The notes: generated from the sequence alone by a model not told the origin. Positions 18,624 through 28,969 are shown, counted from the first letter of the stretch. The stretch: DNA of 32,000 nt from Wolbachia endosymbiont of Cimex lectularius (GCF_000829315.1 NZ_AP013028.1:480001-512000), one strand, 5' to 3'. Made by a program: numbers and translations.

Positions 18624-19511
18624 GTGGCATTTTCTAAATTTCTCGACCCTAAAAATGATGTAGCATTTCGGCGCATCTTCGGTACTGAAAAGAATAAGGA
18701 TATTCTCATTCATTTTCTCAATGATATCTTGGGCTTCACTGGCAAGAATGAAATAAAAGAGATAGAATTCCTCAGTACTATTCAAGATGCTGAAATTGCC
18801 TCCAAAAAGCAAAGCATTGTTGATGTTCTCTGTAGAGATGAAAATGGGGTGCAGGTAATCGTCGAAATGCAGGTCGCTAAAACTAAAGGCTTTGAAAAAC
18901 GTGCTCAATACTATGCGGCTAAGGCGTATTCAAGACAGGCTAATAAAGATGATCAATATGAAGACCTTAAAGAAATTATCTTTATTGCTATAGCAGATTG
19001 TATCCTGTTTCCGGATAAGTCTGAGTATAAATCAAAACACACTATTCGGGATGAGGATACCAATGAACATGATCTAAAAGATTTTTATTTTACATTTATT
19101 GAACTGCCAAAATTTCCGAAAACGAAGGAAGATCAATTAGAGAGTATAGTTGAAAAATGGGTCTACTTCTTCAAGTATGCAGAAGAAACTAGTGAAAAGG
19201 AATTGGAAAGAATAATAGGAAGTGACGTAATAATCAAAAAAGCATATGAGGAGCTAAATAGATTCAACTGGTCAGAAAAGGAGTTCATAGAATATGAACA
19301 AGAAATAAAGCGTATCCGTGATGAGAAGGCTGTTCTCGCTCAAAAACTTGATGATGCCACTGAAAAAGGCAGAAAAGAAGGCAGAAAAGAAAGGGAAATT
19401 GAAGTGGCTAAAAACCTACTTAAAGCAGGAGTTTCTATTGATATCATAGCCCAAACTACTGGTCTTCCTAGAGCTGAAATTACACAACTCAAAGAAGAAG
19501 TCACGAGTTAA
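18624..19511 (+). CDS. Rpn family recombination-promoting nuclease / PD-(D/E)XK nuclease family transposase, copy 4 (full length)
   Basis: 295-aa intact ORF nearly identical to copy 3. Confidence 0.88.
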   Translation: MAFSKFLDPKNDVAFRRIFGTEKNKDILIHFLNDILGFTGKNEIKEIEFLSTIQDAEIASKKQSIVDVLCRDENGVQVIVEMQVAKTKGFEKRAQYYAAKAYSRQANKDDQYEDLKEIIFIAIADCILFPDKSEYKSKHTIRDEDTNEHDLKDFYFTFIELPKFPKTKEDQLESIVEKWVYFFKYAEETSEKELERIIGSDVIIKKAYEELNRFNWSEKEFIEYEQEIKRIRDEKAVLAQKLDDATEKGRKEGRKEREIEVAKNLLKAGVSIDIIAQTTGLPRAEITQLKEEVTS

Positions 19512-19534
19512 CCGCTTAGCTACCAATATATTTT

Positions 19535-19575
19535 GAAGTAAGCTGCCCACGGGGCTTCTTTTGCTTTTTTTCGCT
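19535..19575 (+). terminator. Terminator-like hairpin plus T-tract after Rpn copy 4
   Basis: Same aagctgcccacggggcttcttttgctttttt module as after copy 3. Confidence 0.45.
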
Positions 19576-19741
19576 TAGTAAATTTTTTAATGTTTAGATT
19601 AGTGCAATTTAAGAGCAACAGCGTTATAAAAAACACCAATACTTAAAATCTAGGTTATCCTAATGACTATGCCAAATCCTCTGTGCTATGATATTTGCGA
19701 GTATCCGGTATAATACCCAATTGGTTAATTTAAATAGATAG

Positions 19742-20722
19742 ATGACTTCATCTATAAAAATATTTTTTACCTCGTTTATTTTTGGGTTTATTCTTTCCCC
19801 TTATTTTATAAAACTTCTGAAAAAAGTAAGCAAAAATGGACAGCCAATCAGGTTATGTGGACCAGAAAGTCATTTAATGACAAAAAGAAATACCCCTACC
19901 ATGGGCGGGATAGTAGTACTAATTTCTTCTTTATTACCAATTCTACTTTGGGCTCAACTAACGCCAGAAATTCTGTTGCTGGTATTTATAACTCTGTTTT
20001 TTGCTCTGATTGGATTTATTGACGATTATCTAAAATTAAAAGCAAATAACCATCGAGGTTTAAGGGCAAAAACTAAAATACTTATCCAATTTGTTGTCAC
20101 TCTGATTGGTATGTCCATATTTAAGCTGTATTTTACTGAGGACTTTGCAAAAACGTTCCTAGTTAAAGGAATAACGATCGACTTTGGCTGCCTATATGTT
20201 CCGTTTGCTGTATTTGTGATTGTCGGCTCTTCTAATGCTGTAAATATTGCAGATGGTCTAGACGGCCTTGCTGCAACTCAAGTTATCACTTCTTTTGTTT
20301 TTTTAGGACTAATTGCGTACATAACTCAAGTAAACGTGAACATTATTTTATTCTGTATTGCATTTGTAGGAGCAATTTTAAGTTTCTTATGGTTTAACAC
20401 GCACCCGGCAAAAATGTTTATGGGTGATGTTGGCAGTTTATCAATTGGTGCAGCTTTAGGACTAATCAGCGTTCTCATTAAAAGGGAAGTGCTTTTCGCT
20501 GTTATTGGAATAATTTTTGTAATAGAAACACTATCTGTAATTATCCAGGTATTATATTTTAAATACACAAAGTTTAAGTATGGGAAGGGAAGGAGGATTT
20601 TTCTTATGGCACCAATACACCACCATTTTGAAAAGAAGGGATGGTCAGAAAATGAAATAGTTATGAAATTTTGGATAATTGCCATTACCTGTTCAACCTT
20701 TACTATAGCTTTCTTGTTATAA
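19742..20722 (+). CDS. mraY: Phospho-N-acetylmuramoyl-pentapeptide-transferase
   Basis: KRNTPTMGGIVVL, GFIDDYLKL, NAVNIADGLDGLA, NTHPAKMFMGDVGSLSIG, APIHHHFEKKGWSE motifs. Confidence 0.97.
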   Translation: MTSSIKIFFTSFIFGFILSPYFIKLLKKVSKNGQPIRLCGPESHLMTKRNTPTMGGIVVLISSLLPILLWAQLTPEILLLVFITLFFALIGFIDDYLKLKANNHRGLRAKTKILIQFVVTLIGMSIFKLYFTEDFAKTFLVKGITIDFGCLYVPFAVFVIVGSSNAVNIADGLDGLAATQVITSFVFLGLIAYITQVNVNIILFCIAFVGAILSFLWFNTHPAKMFMGDVGSLSIGAALGLISVLIKREVLFAVIGIIFVIETLSVIIQVLYFKYTKFKYGKGRRIFLMAPIHHHFEKKGWSENEIVMKFWIIAITCSTFTIAFLL

Positions 20723-20728
20723 AAACTT

Positions 20729-21337
20729 ATGGCATACCCAGATTTCACATTAGAAAATAAATTATCAGGAGTGACAGCAGGAGTGGACGAAGTTGGAAGG
20801 GGTCCGCTAGCTGGTCCTGTAATGTCTGCAGCAGTAGTATTTACCGATAGAAATATAATCATTGAAGGAATTAATGACTCAAAAAAGTTGACTGCTAAAA
20901 ACAGGCAAGTTCTATATGAAAAAATAACGTCTGTTGCAAAATTTGGTATAGGAATAGCAAGTGTTGAAGAAATAAATTCATACAACATTTTACAAGCAAC
21001 GAAACTTTCAATGCAACGTGCATTAACAAACTTAGGTCTAGAATTAGATTATGTGCTGGTTGATGGTAATCAACCACCCAAAGTAAAATGGCAGGTGAGG
21101 TCCGTAGTAAACGGTGATGGTTTGAGTATATCAATTGCAGCCGCTTCAATTATCGCAAAAGTGACAAGAGATAAGCTGATGCAAGAGTTGCATGATCAAC
21201 ATCCAGAATATAATTGGTATAAAAATAAAGGATATGGAACAAAAGAACACATAGATGCTATAAACCTCCATGGCATTACAGAACATCATAGAAGAAACTT
21301 TGCACCTATCTCACACTTTGTTGAACGAATACCTTGA
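20729..21337 (+). CDS. rnhB: Ribonuclease HII
   Basis: AGVDEVGRGPLAGPVMSAAVVF and SIAAASIIAKVTRDKLM motifs. Confidence 0.96.
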   Translation: MAYPDFTLENKLSGVTAGVDEVGRGPLAGPVMSAAVVFTDRNIIIEGINDSKKLTAKNRQVLYEKITSVAKFGIGIASVEEINSYNILQATKLSMQRALTNLGLELDYVLVDGNQPPKVKWQVRSVVNGDGLSISIAAASIIAKVTRDKLMQELHDQHPEYNWYKNKGYGTKEHIDAINLHGITEHHRRNFAPISHFVERIP

Positions 21338-21389
21338 GCTTAGCCAGGCAAAAATGATATCCATTAAACGCAAAACAGATGAGACAAGC

Positions 21390-22004
21390 CTATAGCTTAC
21401 TTACATATTTTTTGATCTCAGCTATGATCTTATCAGATTGACTTTCATACGAATTTAGATCAGCTGCAAAGTGTGTAACATATTTTCCTCCAGGGCCAAT
21501 AAGATATATTATTGAAGAATGATTAATTTCCTCTTCCCCACCAACTTTACTGGCATATACTTTATAATTTGCAATTACTTCGTCTATTTTTTTTCTCTCA
21601 CCGGTCAGCATTTGTATTCTATGGTCAAATTGCTGCTGAAATTCTTTGAGTTTTTCCGTGCTATCGCGTTCAGGGTCAACTGTTATAAAAAACGTTTGTA
21701 GCTTGTTATTAGTTCTCTCATCTAGCTTTGCAAGTGTTTCTGAAATTATTCCAAGATTCATAGGGCAAATCTTTTTACATGAAGAAAATCCGAAGAAAAT
21801 CATCATATACTTATCTTTAAAATCACTACTACGTATGGTCTGTCCGTCTTGATTAATCAAAGAAAAATCTCCTCCTATCTTGACTTCTACATTGTGAACT
21901 ACTGCTGGAGCAAATATGCCTTTTTTAGTGAAATAACAATAACCAAGAAAAATGGCTGCTAATGTTATTACTACACTAGACAATAACCTTACAAACTTTA
22001 GCAT
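21390..22004 (-). CDS. SCO1/SenC family (copper chaperone/thioredoxin-fold) protein
   Basis: N-terminal TM, FKDKYMMIFFGFSSCKKICPMNLGIISE (CxxxC), FFITVDPERD, YLIGPGGKYVTHF. Confidence 0.93.
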   Translation of the reverse strand: MLKFVRLLSSVVITLAAIFLGYCYFTKKGIFAPAVVHNVEVKIGGDFSLINQDGQTIRSSDFKDKYMMIFFGFSSCKKICPMNLGIISETLAKLDERTNNKLQTFFITVDPERDSTEKLKEFQQQFDHRIQMLTGERKKIDEVIANYKVYASKVGGEEEINHSSIIYLIGPGGKYVTHFAADLNSYESQSDKIIAEIKKYVSKL

Positions 22005-22048
22005 TAGGACACCTTGAATAAAATAAGATTATATCTTTGTTAGTTGAC

Positions 22049-22744
22049 TTATTCAATATTTTCTTTCCAAAGTGGATTGTTAATTGTATCTAACAGTTTT
22101 CTATGTTCGTTAATTTCTTCATTACTTGGTGAGTGTTCCCTACGAGCTAAGTTACGTACTTTGTGCTTAATGAATGTGGAGTTGTTATCCTGTTCACACT
22201 GATTATCAAACAAGAAAGTTTGTAACCCTCCTGTAAGCTCAACATACACTTTTGCAAGCAACTGAGCGTCAATTAGTGCTCCGTGTAATTCTCTATCCTC
22301 CAGTGATATATCAAAACGCTTACATAATGCATTTAAAGATGCAGGTGACCCTGCAAACTTTTTTCTCGCAAGTGGCAATGTATCCAGCACTCTGTCTGAA
22401 GAGATTAATCCAGCACCCAATTTGCCCAACTCCATATTAAGGAACTTAACATCAAACTCAGCGTTGTGAATTATCAAAACATCGTTAGATATAAAGTCAA
22501 GAAATTCAAGAGCAACATCTGAAAACAATGGTTTATCTTCTAAAAATTCTTCACTAATGCCGTGAATCTTAAATGAGTGGTAAGGCACACCTCTTTCTGG
22601 ATTGAGATACTGATGGAATACTTTACCTGTCGGGATGCGGTTAATTAGTTCCACACACCCTATTTCAATAATCCGGTGACCAGATTCGATATCCAAACCA
22701 GTAGTTTCAGTATCAAGTACTATTTCGCGTAATTTATTTTCCAT
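22049..22744 (-). CDS. dnaQ: DNA polymerase III subunit epsilon
   Basis: REIVLDTETTGLDIESGHRIIEIGCVELINR, FHQYLNPER, LIIHNAEFDVKFLN, LHGALIDAQLLAKVY. Confidence 0.96.
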   Translation of the reverse strand: MENKLREIVLDTETTGLDIESGHRIIEIGCVELINRIPTGKVFHQYLNPERGVPYHSFKIHGISEEFLEDKPLFSDVALEFLDFISNDVLIIHNAEFDVKFLNMELGKLGAGLISSDRVLDTLPLARKKFAGSPASLNALCKRFDISLEDRELHGALIDAQLLAKVYVELTGGLQTFLFDNQCEQDNNSTFIKHKVRNLARREHSPSNEEINEHRKLLDTINNPLWKENIE

Positions 22745-22755
22745 GTTAAATAGAA

Positions 22756-23412
22756 TTATTCATACTTTACGTTCGTTTTACCATCATCTGCCTTTTTATA
22801 GTTTATGGAAGTAAGCAACCAGCTTGGGTTTGATGAAGTAATATTTTTTTTGAATTGCCAAACATCCTCGACTTTATTGATAGTGGATGTGCTACCTGAT
22901 ATAATATTTCCCTTGTCATTCTTAACAAAGTTAATTTGCTCTGAAAGGAAATATACTGCAATAAACACTACATTTTTTACTAGTTTTATTTCTAAAATCT
23001 TTTGTGAAACAATAGAGACAATTATAGATTCTTGTATCTCTTTACGGTGTCTGATCTTCTCTGCAAAGTTGTTGTATAAGTCTTTGTCCAAGAGAGGTTT
23101 TAACTGGGATAGATTTCCTTGATTGAAATATTTTATTATTAATTCGAAAGCTATGCTTGAACCTTCCATGAAATGGGAAACGGAGAAATCTTTATTTTTT
23201 TGTAATATTTGCTCATAGGTAGCTTTTATTGAATTTTTGTCGTTGCTATCGATGTAATCTTCAATGTTTTCTACTACATCTTCTCTACTTTGGCTTATAT
23301 CAAGTGCACTAGTCAGTTTTTTTAGGTTGAGGTTTGTTGATTTTCCTAAAGAATTGTACAACCGTGAAAAAACGAATGCCACTAATAAAGCATATATTAC
23401 GAGCTCTATCAT
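22756..23412 (-). CDS. Tim44/TimA-domain-containing protein
   Basis: N-terminal TM, central FSVSHFMEGSSIAFELIIKYFNQGNLSQLKPLLDKDLYNNF, C-terminal DVWQFKKNITSSNPSWLLTSI. Confidence 0.85.
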   Translation of the reverse strand: MIELVIYALLVAFVFSRLYNSLGKSTNLNLKKLTSALDISQSREDVVENIEDYIDSNDKNSIKATYEQILQKNKDFSVSHFMEGSSIAFELIIKYFNQGNLSQLKPLLDKDLYNNFAEKIRHRKEIQESIIVSIVSQKILEIKLVKNVVFIAVYFLSEQINFVKNDKGNIISGSTSTINKVEDVWQFKKNITSSNPSWLLTSINYKKADDGKTNVKYE

Positions 23413-23579
23413 AGTAACTCAACTCCCTAGCATATAAAGTATCTGAACATTATTAATTATTAATGAAAATGGCTTATCCTATACCAATCTGTAATTTAGG
23501 TTTGCTATTCATCTATAAATGGTTATATTATACAAGAAAGTGTTAAATACTTCAACTTAATTATAAGGAGACGTAAAAA

Positions 23580-24083
23580 ATGTCACAACACAAAATGAAA
23601 ATTCATGGTCAGTATATTAAAGATCTATCGTTTGAAAATCCGAATTCACCATTCCTTTCTGCAAAAGAAGCTCCCGGTATTAATGTAATGGTTAATATCA
23701 ATTCAGTGAGATTGGAAGGAGCTGAAGGCGAGGAAGGAGAGAATGAAGAAAAATCTTTTCATGAAATTACTTTGCACATAGAAGCCAAAGCAACGGTAAA
23801 AGATGAGAACATAAAAGATGGTATTGCTTTCATTTGTGAAACGAAATATTGTGGTATTTTTTCAATAGAAAACTTTGCAGAGCTAAGTGCAGAAGAGATA
23901 AGGCAAGCTTTATTTATTGGTGGGCCTACTTTTCTTTTTCCTTTTGCGAGAGAAATAATTGCAAGGGTTACAAGTAGTGGTGGGTTTCCTCCACTTATGC
24001 TAGATCCTATAGATTTTGAAGCTATGTATAAGCAGCAGAGTCAACAACAAAAAAATACTGTGAGTAATGAGAATTTTAACTGA
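23580..24083 (+). CDS. secB: Protein-export chaperone SecB
   Basis: QYIKDLSFENPNSPF...FEITLHIEAKA, CGIFSIENF, PFLFPFAREIIARVTSSGGFPPLMLDPIDFEAMY. Confidence 0.95.
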   Translation: MSQHKMKIHGQYIKDLSFENPNSPFLSAKEAPGINVMVNINSVRLEGAEGEEGENEEKSFHEITLHIEAKATVKDENIKDGIAFICETKYCGIFSIENFAELSAEEIRQALFIGGPTFLFPFAREIIARVTSSGGFPPLMLDPIDFEAMYKQQSQQQKNTVSNENFN

Positions 24084-24281
24084 TACGACACTACTTCGTC
24101 ATCCCGGTGTATTAGATGATTTTTTTGCATAGCAAATTAAAAGGCTTCAACGCTTTTAATAGTTAAGTCTTTTTAAAGATATCCCACTTATATTACAGCT
24201 AAGTTTATAAAATAATTGACAATGTTAATTTTCTAATTTATAAGTAGATTTTTGAGATAATTACCAGAGGAGGTATAAAGT

Positions 24282-24482
24282 TTGATTGAAGTATCAGTTC
24301 ATTATGGTGATGTAGATAGAGCTTTTCCGGTATTGAAAAAAACAATTCAAAAAGAAGGAAGAGGGGTAAAAATGAAAAAGCAATACCATGAAAAGAAATC
24401 AGAAAAGAGAGCTAAAAAGAAAGCTGAAGCTAAAAAAAAGAGGCGCCAACAAGAGAGTAGAAGACAGCGTTATGGTTGGTAG
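24282..24482 (+). CDS. rpsU: 30S ribosomal protein S21, TTG start
   Basis: agaggaggtataaag RBS then TTG; IEVSVHYGDVDRAFPVLKKTIQKEGRGVKMKKQYHEKKSEKRAKKKAEAKKKRR. Confidence 0.93.
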   Translation: MIEVSVHYGDVDRAFPVLKKTIQKEGRGVKMKKQYHEKKSEKRAKKKAEAKKKRRQQESRRQRYGW

Positions 24483-24510
24483 TTTTTAATAGTTTATCGT
24501 TGGTTGTTTT

Positions 24511-25671
24511 ATGAATATTCACGAATATCAAGCAAAAGAGATTTTGCGCAAATTTAATGTTCCAGTACCAAAGGGTTTTGTTACTACATCTGCAGAAGAA
24601 GTAGAGACTCAAATGGGTCAGTTGAAGTCTGACGTGCTTGTGGTTAAAGCTCAAATTCACGCAGGTGGCAGAGGTAAAGCTGGTGGTGTAAAGCTGGCAA
24701 AGTCAGCTGAAGAAGCTAAGCAGTTTATAAAGGACATGCTTGGCATGACTTTAATTACTCACCAAACAGGATCAAAGGGACAGCAAGTAAGAAGAGTATA
24801 CATTGAGGAAGGCTCAAGCATTAAGAAAGAGTATTATTTAAGCCTAGTAGTTGATCCAAAGCTCAGTAGACCAACATTCATATTTTCCTCAGAAGGTGGA
24901 ATGGATATTGAAGAAGTTGCAAAAAATTCTCCTACAAAAATTGTAAAATTTGATATTGATTATACTGCAGGTTTTACAAGTTTTGATAGCAGCAAATTAA
25001 GCAATGGTTTTAATCTGAGTTCAGAACAAATAAAAAAAATAACAAATGTTGCAAAAAATATATATGATGCATTTATTGCAACTGATGCAAGCCAAATAGA
25101 AATTAATCCACTAGTTGAAATAAATTCTGGGGATTTTATTGCGCTTGATGCTAAAATCAATTTTGATGATAACGCTTTATACCGTCACCCGGAAATTGTG
25201 GAACTCCGTGATTATAACGAAGAAGTGAAAGAAGAAATAGAAGCTTCAAAACATGGGCTCAGTTATATTAAAATGGATGGCAGCATTGGTTGCATGGTAA
25301 ACGGTGCGGGTCTTGCTATGGCAACAATGGATATAATAAAATATTACGGAGCAGAGCCTGCCAACTTTTTGGATGTTGGCGGTGGAGCAAGTAAAGAGAC
25401 TGTCACCGAAGCGTTCAAAATTATATTGTCCGATAGTAACGTAAAGGGGATTTTGGTTAACATATTTGGTGGTATAATGCGCTGCGATATCATTGCAAGT
25501 GGTATCGTTGAAGCTGCAAAAGAAATAAGTATAAAAGTTCCTTCAGTGGTTAGGTTATCAGGTACTAATTTTGAAGAAGGAAAGAGAATCTTAGAAGAGT
25601 CAGGATTAAATATTATCGCTGCAGATGAACTTGATGAAGCTGCACAGAAAATAGTAAAAGAGGTAAAATAA
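24511..25671 (+). CDS. sucC: Succinate-CoA ligase (ADP-forming) subunit beta
   Basis: [77 protein letters not shown]. Confidence 0.97.
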   Translation: MNIHEYQAKEILRKFNVPVPKGFVTTSAEEVETQMGQLKSDVLVVKAQIHAGGRGKAGGVKLAKSAEEAKQFIKDMLGMTLITHQTGSKGQQVRRVYIEEGSSIKKEYYLSLVVDPKLSRPTFIFSSEGGMDIEEVAKNSPTKIVKFDIDYTAGFTSFDSSKLSNGFNLSSEQIKKITNVAKNIYDAFIATDASQIEINPLVEINSGDFIALDAKINFDDNALYRHPEIVELRDYNEEVKEEIEASKHGLSYIKMDGSIGCMVNGAGLAMATMDIIKYYGAEPANFLDVGGGASKETVTEAFKIILSDSNVKGILVNIFGGIMRCDIIASGIVEAAKEISIKVPSVVRLSGTNFEEGKRILEESGLNIIAADELDEAAQKIVKEVK

Positions 25672-25674
25672 ATC

Positions 25675-26553
25675 ATGTCCATTTTAGTAAGCAAAGATAC
25701 AAGATTAATATGCCAGGGTTTTACTGGTGCACAGGGTACATTCCACTCAGAGCAAGCAATCAGCTACGGAACCAAAATGGTTGGTGGCGTAACTCCCGGC
25801 AAGGGTGGGAGCACTCACCTTAACTTGCCGGTTTTTAATACTGTAGCAGAAGCTCAAGAAAAAACTGATGCGAATGCTACGGTGATATATGTACCTGCTA
25901 AGTTCGCTGCTGATGCAATACTCGAAGCCATAGATGCAAAAATAGAGCTGATAGTTTGTATTACAGAGGGTATTCCTATACTTGACATGGTAAAAGTTAA
26001 GCATGCGCTTATTGGTTCAAAAAGTCGATTGATTGGTCCCAATTGTCCGGGGGTTATTACACCTGAAGAATGCAAAATAGGAATTATGCCAGGGCATATT
26101 CACAAGCGTGGGAATATAGGGATCATGTCTCGTTCCGGAACTTTAACTTATGAAGCGGTAGCACAAACAACTGCTGTTGGCCTTGGTCAGTCAACATGTA
26201 TAGGAATTGGAGGAGATCCTGTTCATGGTATGACATTTGTTGACTGTATGGAACTGTTTTTAAAAGATGACGATACTCATGGTATTGTAGTCATTGGTGA
26301 GATAGGTGGAAACGAAGAAGAGGACGTATCACGTTTTGTGAAGACAGAGAAAACTAAAAAGCAAATTGTTGGATTTGTAGCTGGTCAAACAGCACCTCCA
26401 GGAAGACGCATGGGACACGCTGGAGCGATTATCTCTTCTAGTGGAGGGAGTGCTGGTGCAAAGCTGGAGGTTATGAGGAGTGCTGGTATTGCAATTGCAG
26501 AAACTCCTGCAGTAATTGGTAAAAAAGTTTTGGAAGTAATAAATCAAGTTTAG
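25675..26553 (+). CDS. sucD: Succinate-CoA ligase subunit alpha
   Basis: [63 protein letters not shown]. Confidence 0.97.
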   Translation: MSILVSKDTRLICQGFTGAQGTFHSEQAISYGTKMVGGVTPGKGGSTHLNLPVFNTVAEAQEKTDANATVIYVPAKFAADAILEAIDAKIELIVCITEGIPILDMVKVKHALIGSKSRLIGPNCPGVITPEECKIGIMPGHIHKRGNIGIMSRSGTLTYEAVAQTTAVGLGQSTCIGIGGDPVHGMTFVDCMELFLKDDDTHGIVVIGEIGGNEEEDVSRFVKTEKTKKQIVGFVAGQTAPPGRRMGHAGAIISSSGGSAGAKLEVMRSAGIAIAETPAVIGKKVLEVINQV

Positions 26554-26560
26554 AATATTG

Positions 26561-27343
26561 CTATAGAAACCCTACATTACCAGTTATAAATACATCGTCT
26601 ACCCATTCAACTAGCAAGTTTCCCCCTGGCGAATTTACAGAAGTTTGCTTAGCAGTCAAATATTTACGAAGTACGGATGCAACAAATGCTGCACAAGCTG
26701 CACTGCCGCATGAGGCAGTAATACCTGTACCTCTTTCCCAAACTCTTAAGTTTATTTCTCCAGACTTTTCAATTTGTGCAATGCTGACATTCACTTTCTT
26801 AGGAAATAATATGTGGTTTTCCAATCTTGGTCCTAAATTTTGCAACGGTATTTCACTTATGTTATCAACAAAAAAGACCATGTGAGGGTTGCCAATATTT
26901 ACTGCAACTGGATCTTTTAGCATTTCAACCTCTATAGGTAAATGAAGGGTGTTACATTCAATGGAAAGAGGGATTTCATGCCATCTAAACAGTGGTTTGC
27001 CCATATTGACCTTTATGGACCTACCACCCACCTTGAAGCACTCTAAAATGCGCTCGTTTATTAACTCAATGGTTGCATACTCAGTGCTTTTTTCTGACAT
27101 TATCAAATATCCAACACAACGTGCTGCGTTCCCGCACATTTCAACTTCGCTGCCGTCAGCATTATAAATGCGCATAAAGCAATCAGCTGCGCCAGAGTTA
27201 GTTATAACTATTACTTGATCGCAGCTGTTTTGGTTAGCAATTTCTCTATAATGCCAATTTAAGCTATTTGTTGAACGTGAGTCTATGATAACAAAGTTGT
27301 TACCAGTACCATGCATTTTTTTAGGACTTCGGCCATTCGCCAT
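26561..27343 (-). CDS. dapF: Diaminopimelate epimerase
   Basis: KMHGTGNNFVIID, YNADGSEVEMCGNAARCVGYLI, RVWERGTGITASCGSAACAA, VNSPGG. Confidence 0.96.
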   Translation of the reverse strand: MANGRSPKKMHGTGNNFVIIDSRSTNSLNWHYREIANQNSCDQVIVITNSGAADCFMRIYNADGSEVEMCGNAARCVGYLIMSEKSTEYATIELINERILECFKVGGRSIKVNMGKPLFRWHEIPLSIECNTLHLPIEVEMLKDPVAVNIGNPHMVFFVDNISEIPLQNLGPRLENHILFPKKVNVSIAQIEKSGEINLRVWERGTGITASCGSAACAAFVASVLRKYLTAKQTSVNSPGGNLLVEWVDDVFITGNVGFL

Positions 27344-27878
27344 AAAAAAACATCTCCTCTATTGGCTTTCTTGTCTTTTCCTTAACTTCAGCACCCTCTT
27401 CTTCGTAACCAATCGCTATCACCGACCTTACATCAAAGTCATCGGGTATATTGAATTTCTCTACTATTTTATCACCATCGAAGCCACCCATCTGATGGGC
27501 CATGAAACTCATAGATGTAGCCTGTAGCATAAGCGCGTAACTTGCTGCACCAGTATCGTAGCTGCCCCAAAGATTTGCTCCTTTTGTGTGATCACGGTAA
27601 TTTTTAGCGCTTAATACTATGATTAATACTTGAGTGCTTTTCGCCCATCTTTGATTAGGCTCAGTAAGGCAACTCAATAGCTTCTCCCATGCATTTTGAT
27701 TGCTTTGTCTGTTGCATATTACATATCTCCAGGGCTCGTCACCATAACATGAAGGATAGAGCCGTGCGGCTTCTATCAGCATATTTATGTCCTATTGATG
27801 TACTACTCTATTTTGGTTATATGAATATCCACTGTGTCTTACTTTCATTAACTCCATTAGATCTTCTTTATTAATCAT
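27321..27878 (-). pseudogene. Nitroreductase-family protein with in-frame amber codon, possible pseudogene
   Basis: ATG at 27878 gives MINKEDLMELMKVRHSGYSYNQNRVVHQ*DINMLIEAARLYPSCYGDEPWRYVICNR... in one frame, with TAG at 27792-27794. The downstream ORF 27321-27782 is otherwise intact. Confidence 0.8.
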
Positions 27879-28034
27879 TTTTAATCCTCTAAAAAAAAAC
27901 TAACTATATATAGCGGAATATTAAAAAAAGTTTAACCTTTTTGTTTCACATAAGAAATATAATTATGGGCAATAAATTTAAATTGCAAAACTTTTAAAGT
28001 ATAGTTAATATTAGTATATTCTATTTGGAGGAGT

Positions 28035-28562
28035 ATGTTGACAGCACAATATAGCAGCAAATCAACATTGGTCGAAATTTTCTTTTGTGTCTTATTCTTA
28101 TTTCTAGTGACTCAGATAAGAATACCGTTGCAACCTGTGCCTATCACACTACAGAGTTTAGGAGTGATGCTTATTGGGCTCAAATTTAACCGCAAAACGG
28201 CATTTTATTCCGTGCTTACATATTTATCACTTGGTACAGCAGGGTTACCCATTTTTGCGGATTTTTCCAGTGGTTATCACACTCTTCTTGGACCAACAGG
28301 TGGATATTTAATTGGCTTTTTAGCTGCTGTTATGGCAATGGACGAAGTAAATGAGTTACTAAACTCCAAATGTGAATCACTTGTGCGTAATTCTCTAAGT
28401 TGTCTGGCTGGTACAGTCGTGATCTTTATCTATGGTGTCAGTTGGCTCGCTATTCACGTTGGTCTGAAACAGGCAATAATGATTGGTGTTCTGCCATTTA
28501 TTCTGCCCGGTTTAGTAAAGATTTTTCTACTAGTAGCGACTTTACAATATCTGAAAAAATGA
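28035..28562 (+). CDS. bioY: Biotin transporter BioY
   Basis: VTQIRIPLQPVPITLQSLGVMLIGLKFNRKTAFYSVLTYLSLGTAGLPIFADFSSG...GPTGGYLIGF. Confidence 0.93.
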   Translation: MLTAQYSSKSTLVEIFFCVLFLFLVTQIRIPLQPVPITLQSLGVMLIGLKFNRKTAFYSVLTYLSLGTAGLPIFADFSSGYHTLLGPTGGYLIGFLAAVMAMDEVNELLNSKCESLVRNSLSCLAGTVVIFIYGVSWLAIHVGLKQAIMIGVLPFILPGLVKIFLLVATLQYLKK

Positions 28563-28969
28563 TAAGATTTCGCCCTCATCATTTTATGTGCACTCTTGCA
28601 TTTCGAGGGTATGGGTATACTCGGGGCTTTGTAAAAAATTATAGAAAGATAGCAAATAAGGTAATTACTGATCCCAATACTCAAATCAAGGTAGTTGGTG
28701 ATCTTGATAGTGTCTGCAGTGCTTGTCCACATCAGACTGAGCAAGGTGAGTGCACCACACAAGCTAAAGTCTTGGAGCTGGACAGAAGGCATATGGAAGT
28801 TTTAGAGATAAAAATTGGAGAGACTTTAACCTGGAACGAAGCAGTAAAAAGAATTAGAGAGAAAATGTCTTTAGAGAAATTTGACTACGCATGTGAGAAG
28901 TGCAACTGGCAACCATATGGAATGTGCAAAAGTGCCCTTTTGGATTGCCACCTCCACATAATGCGTTAA
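28559..28969 (+). CDS. DUF1284-domain protein (cysteine-rich)
   Basis: ATG overlaps the bioY stop (ATGA): MIRFRPHHFMCTLAFRGYGYTRGFVKNY...VCSACPHQTEQGECTTQ...CEKCNWQPYGMC. Same frame as the longer track ORF beginning at 28400. Confidence 0.8.
   Translation: MIRFRPHHFMCTLAFRGYGYTRGFVKNYRKIANKVITDPNTQIKVVGDLDSVCSACPHQTEQGECTTQAKVLELDRRHMEVLEIKIGETLTWNEAVKRIREKMSLEKFDYACEKCNWQPYGMCKSALLDCHLHIMR

Noticed and set aside
4302-19511. Rpn-family genes as a new defence system
   Set aside because: They are recognisable multicopy Rpn/PD-(D/E)XK family members with decay and duplication; nothing in the window shows a partner gene or defence role.
28400-28558. N-terminal extension of the DUF1284-like ORF to 28400
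   Set aside because: Overlaps bioY; the recognisable domain begins MIRFRPHHF at 28559 with an ATGA overlap.
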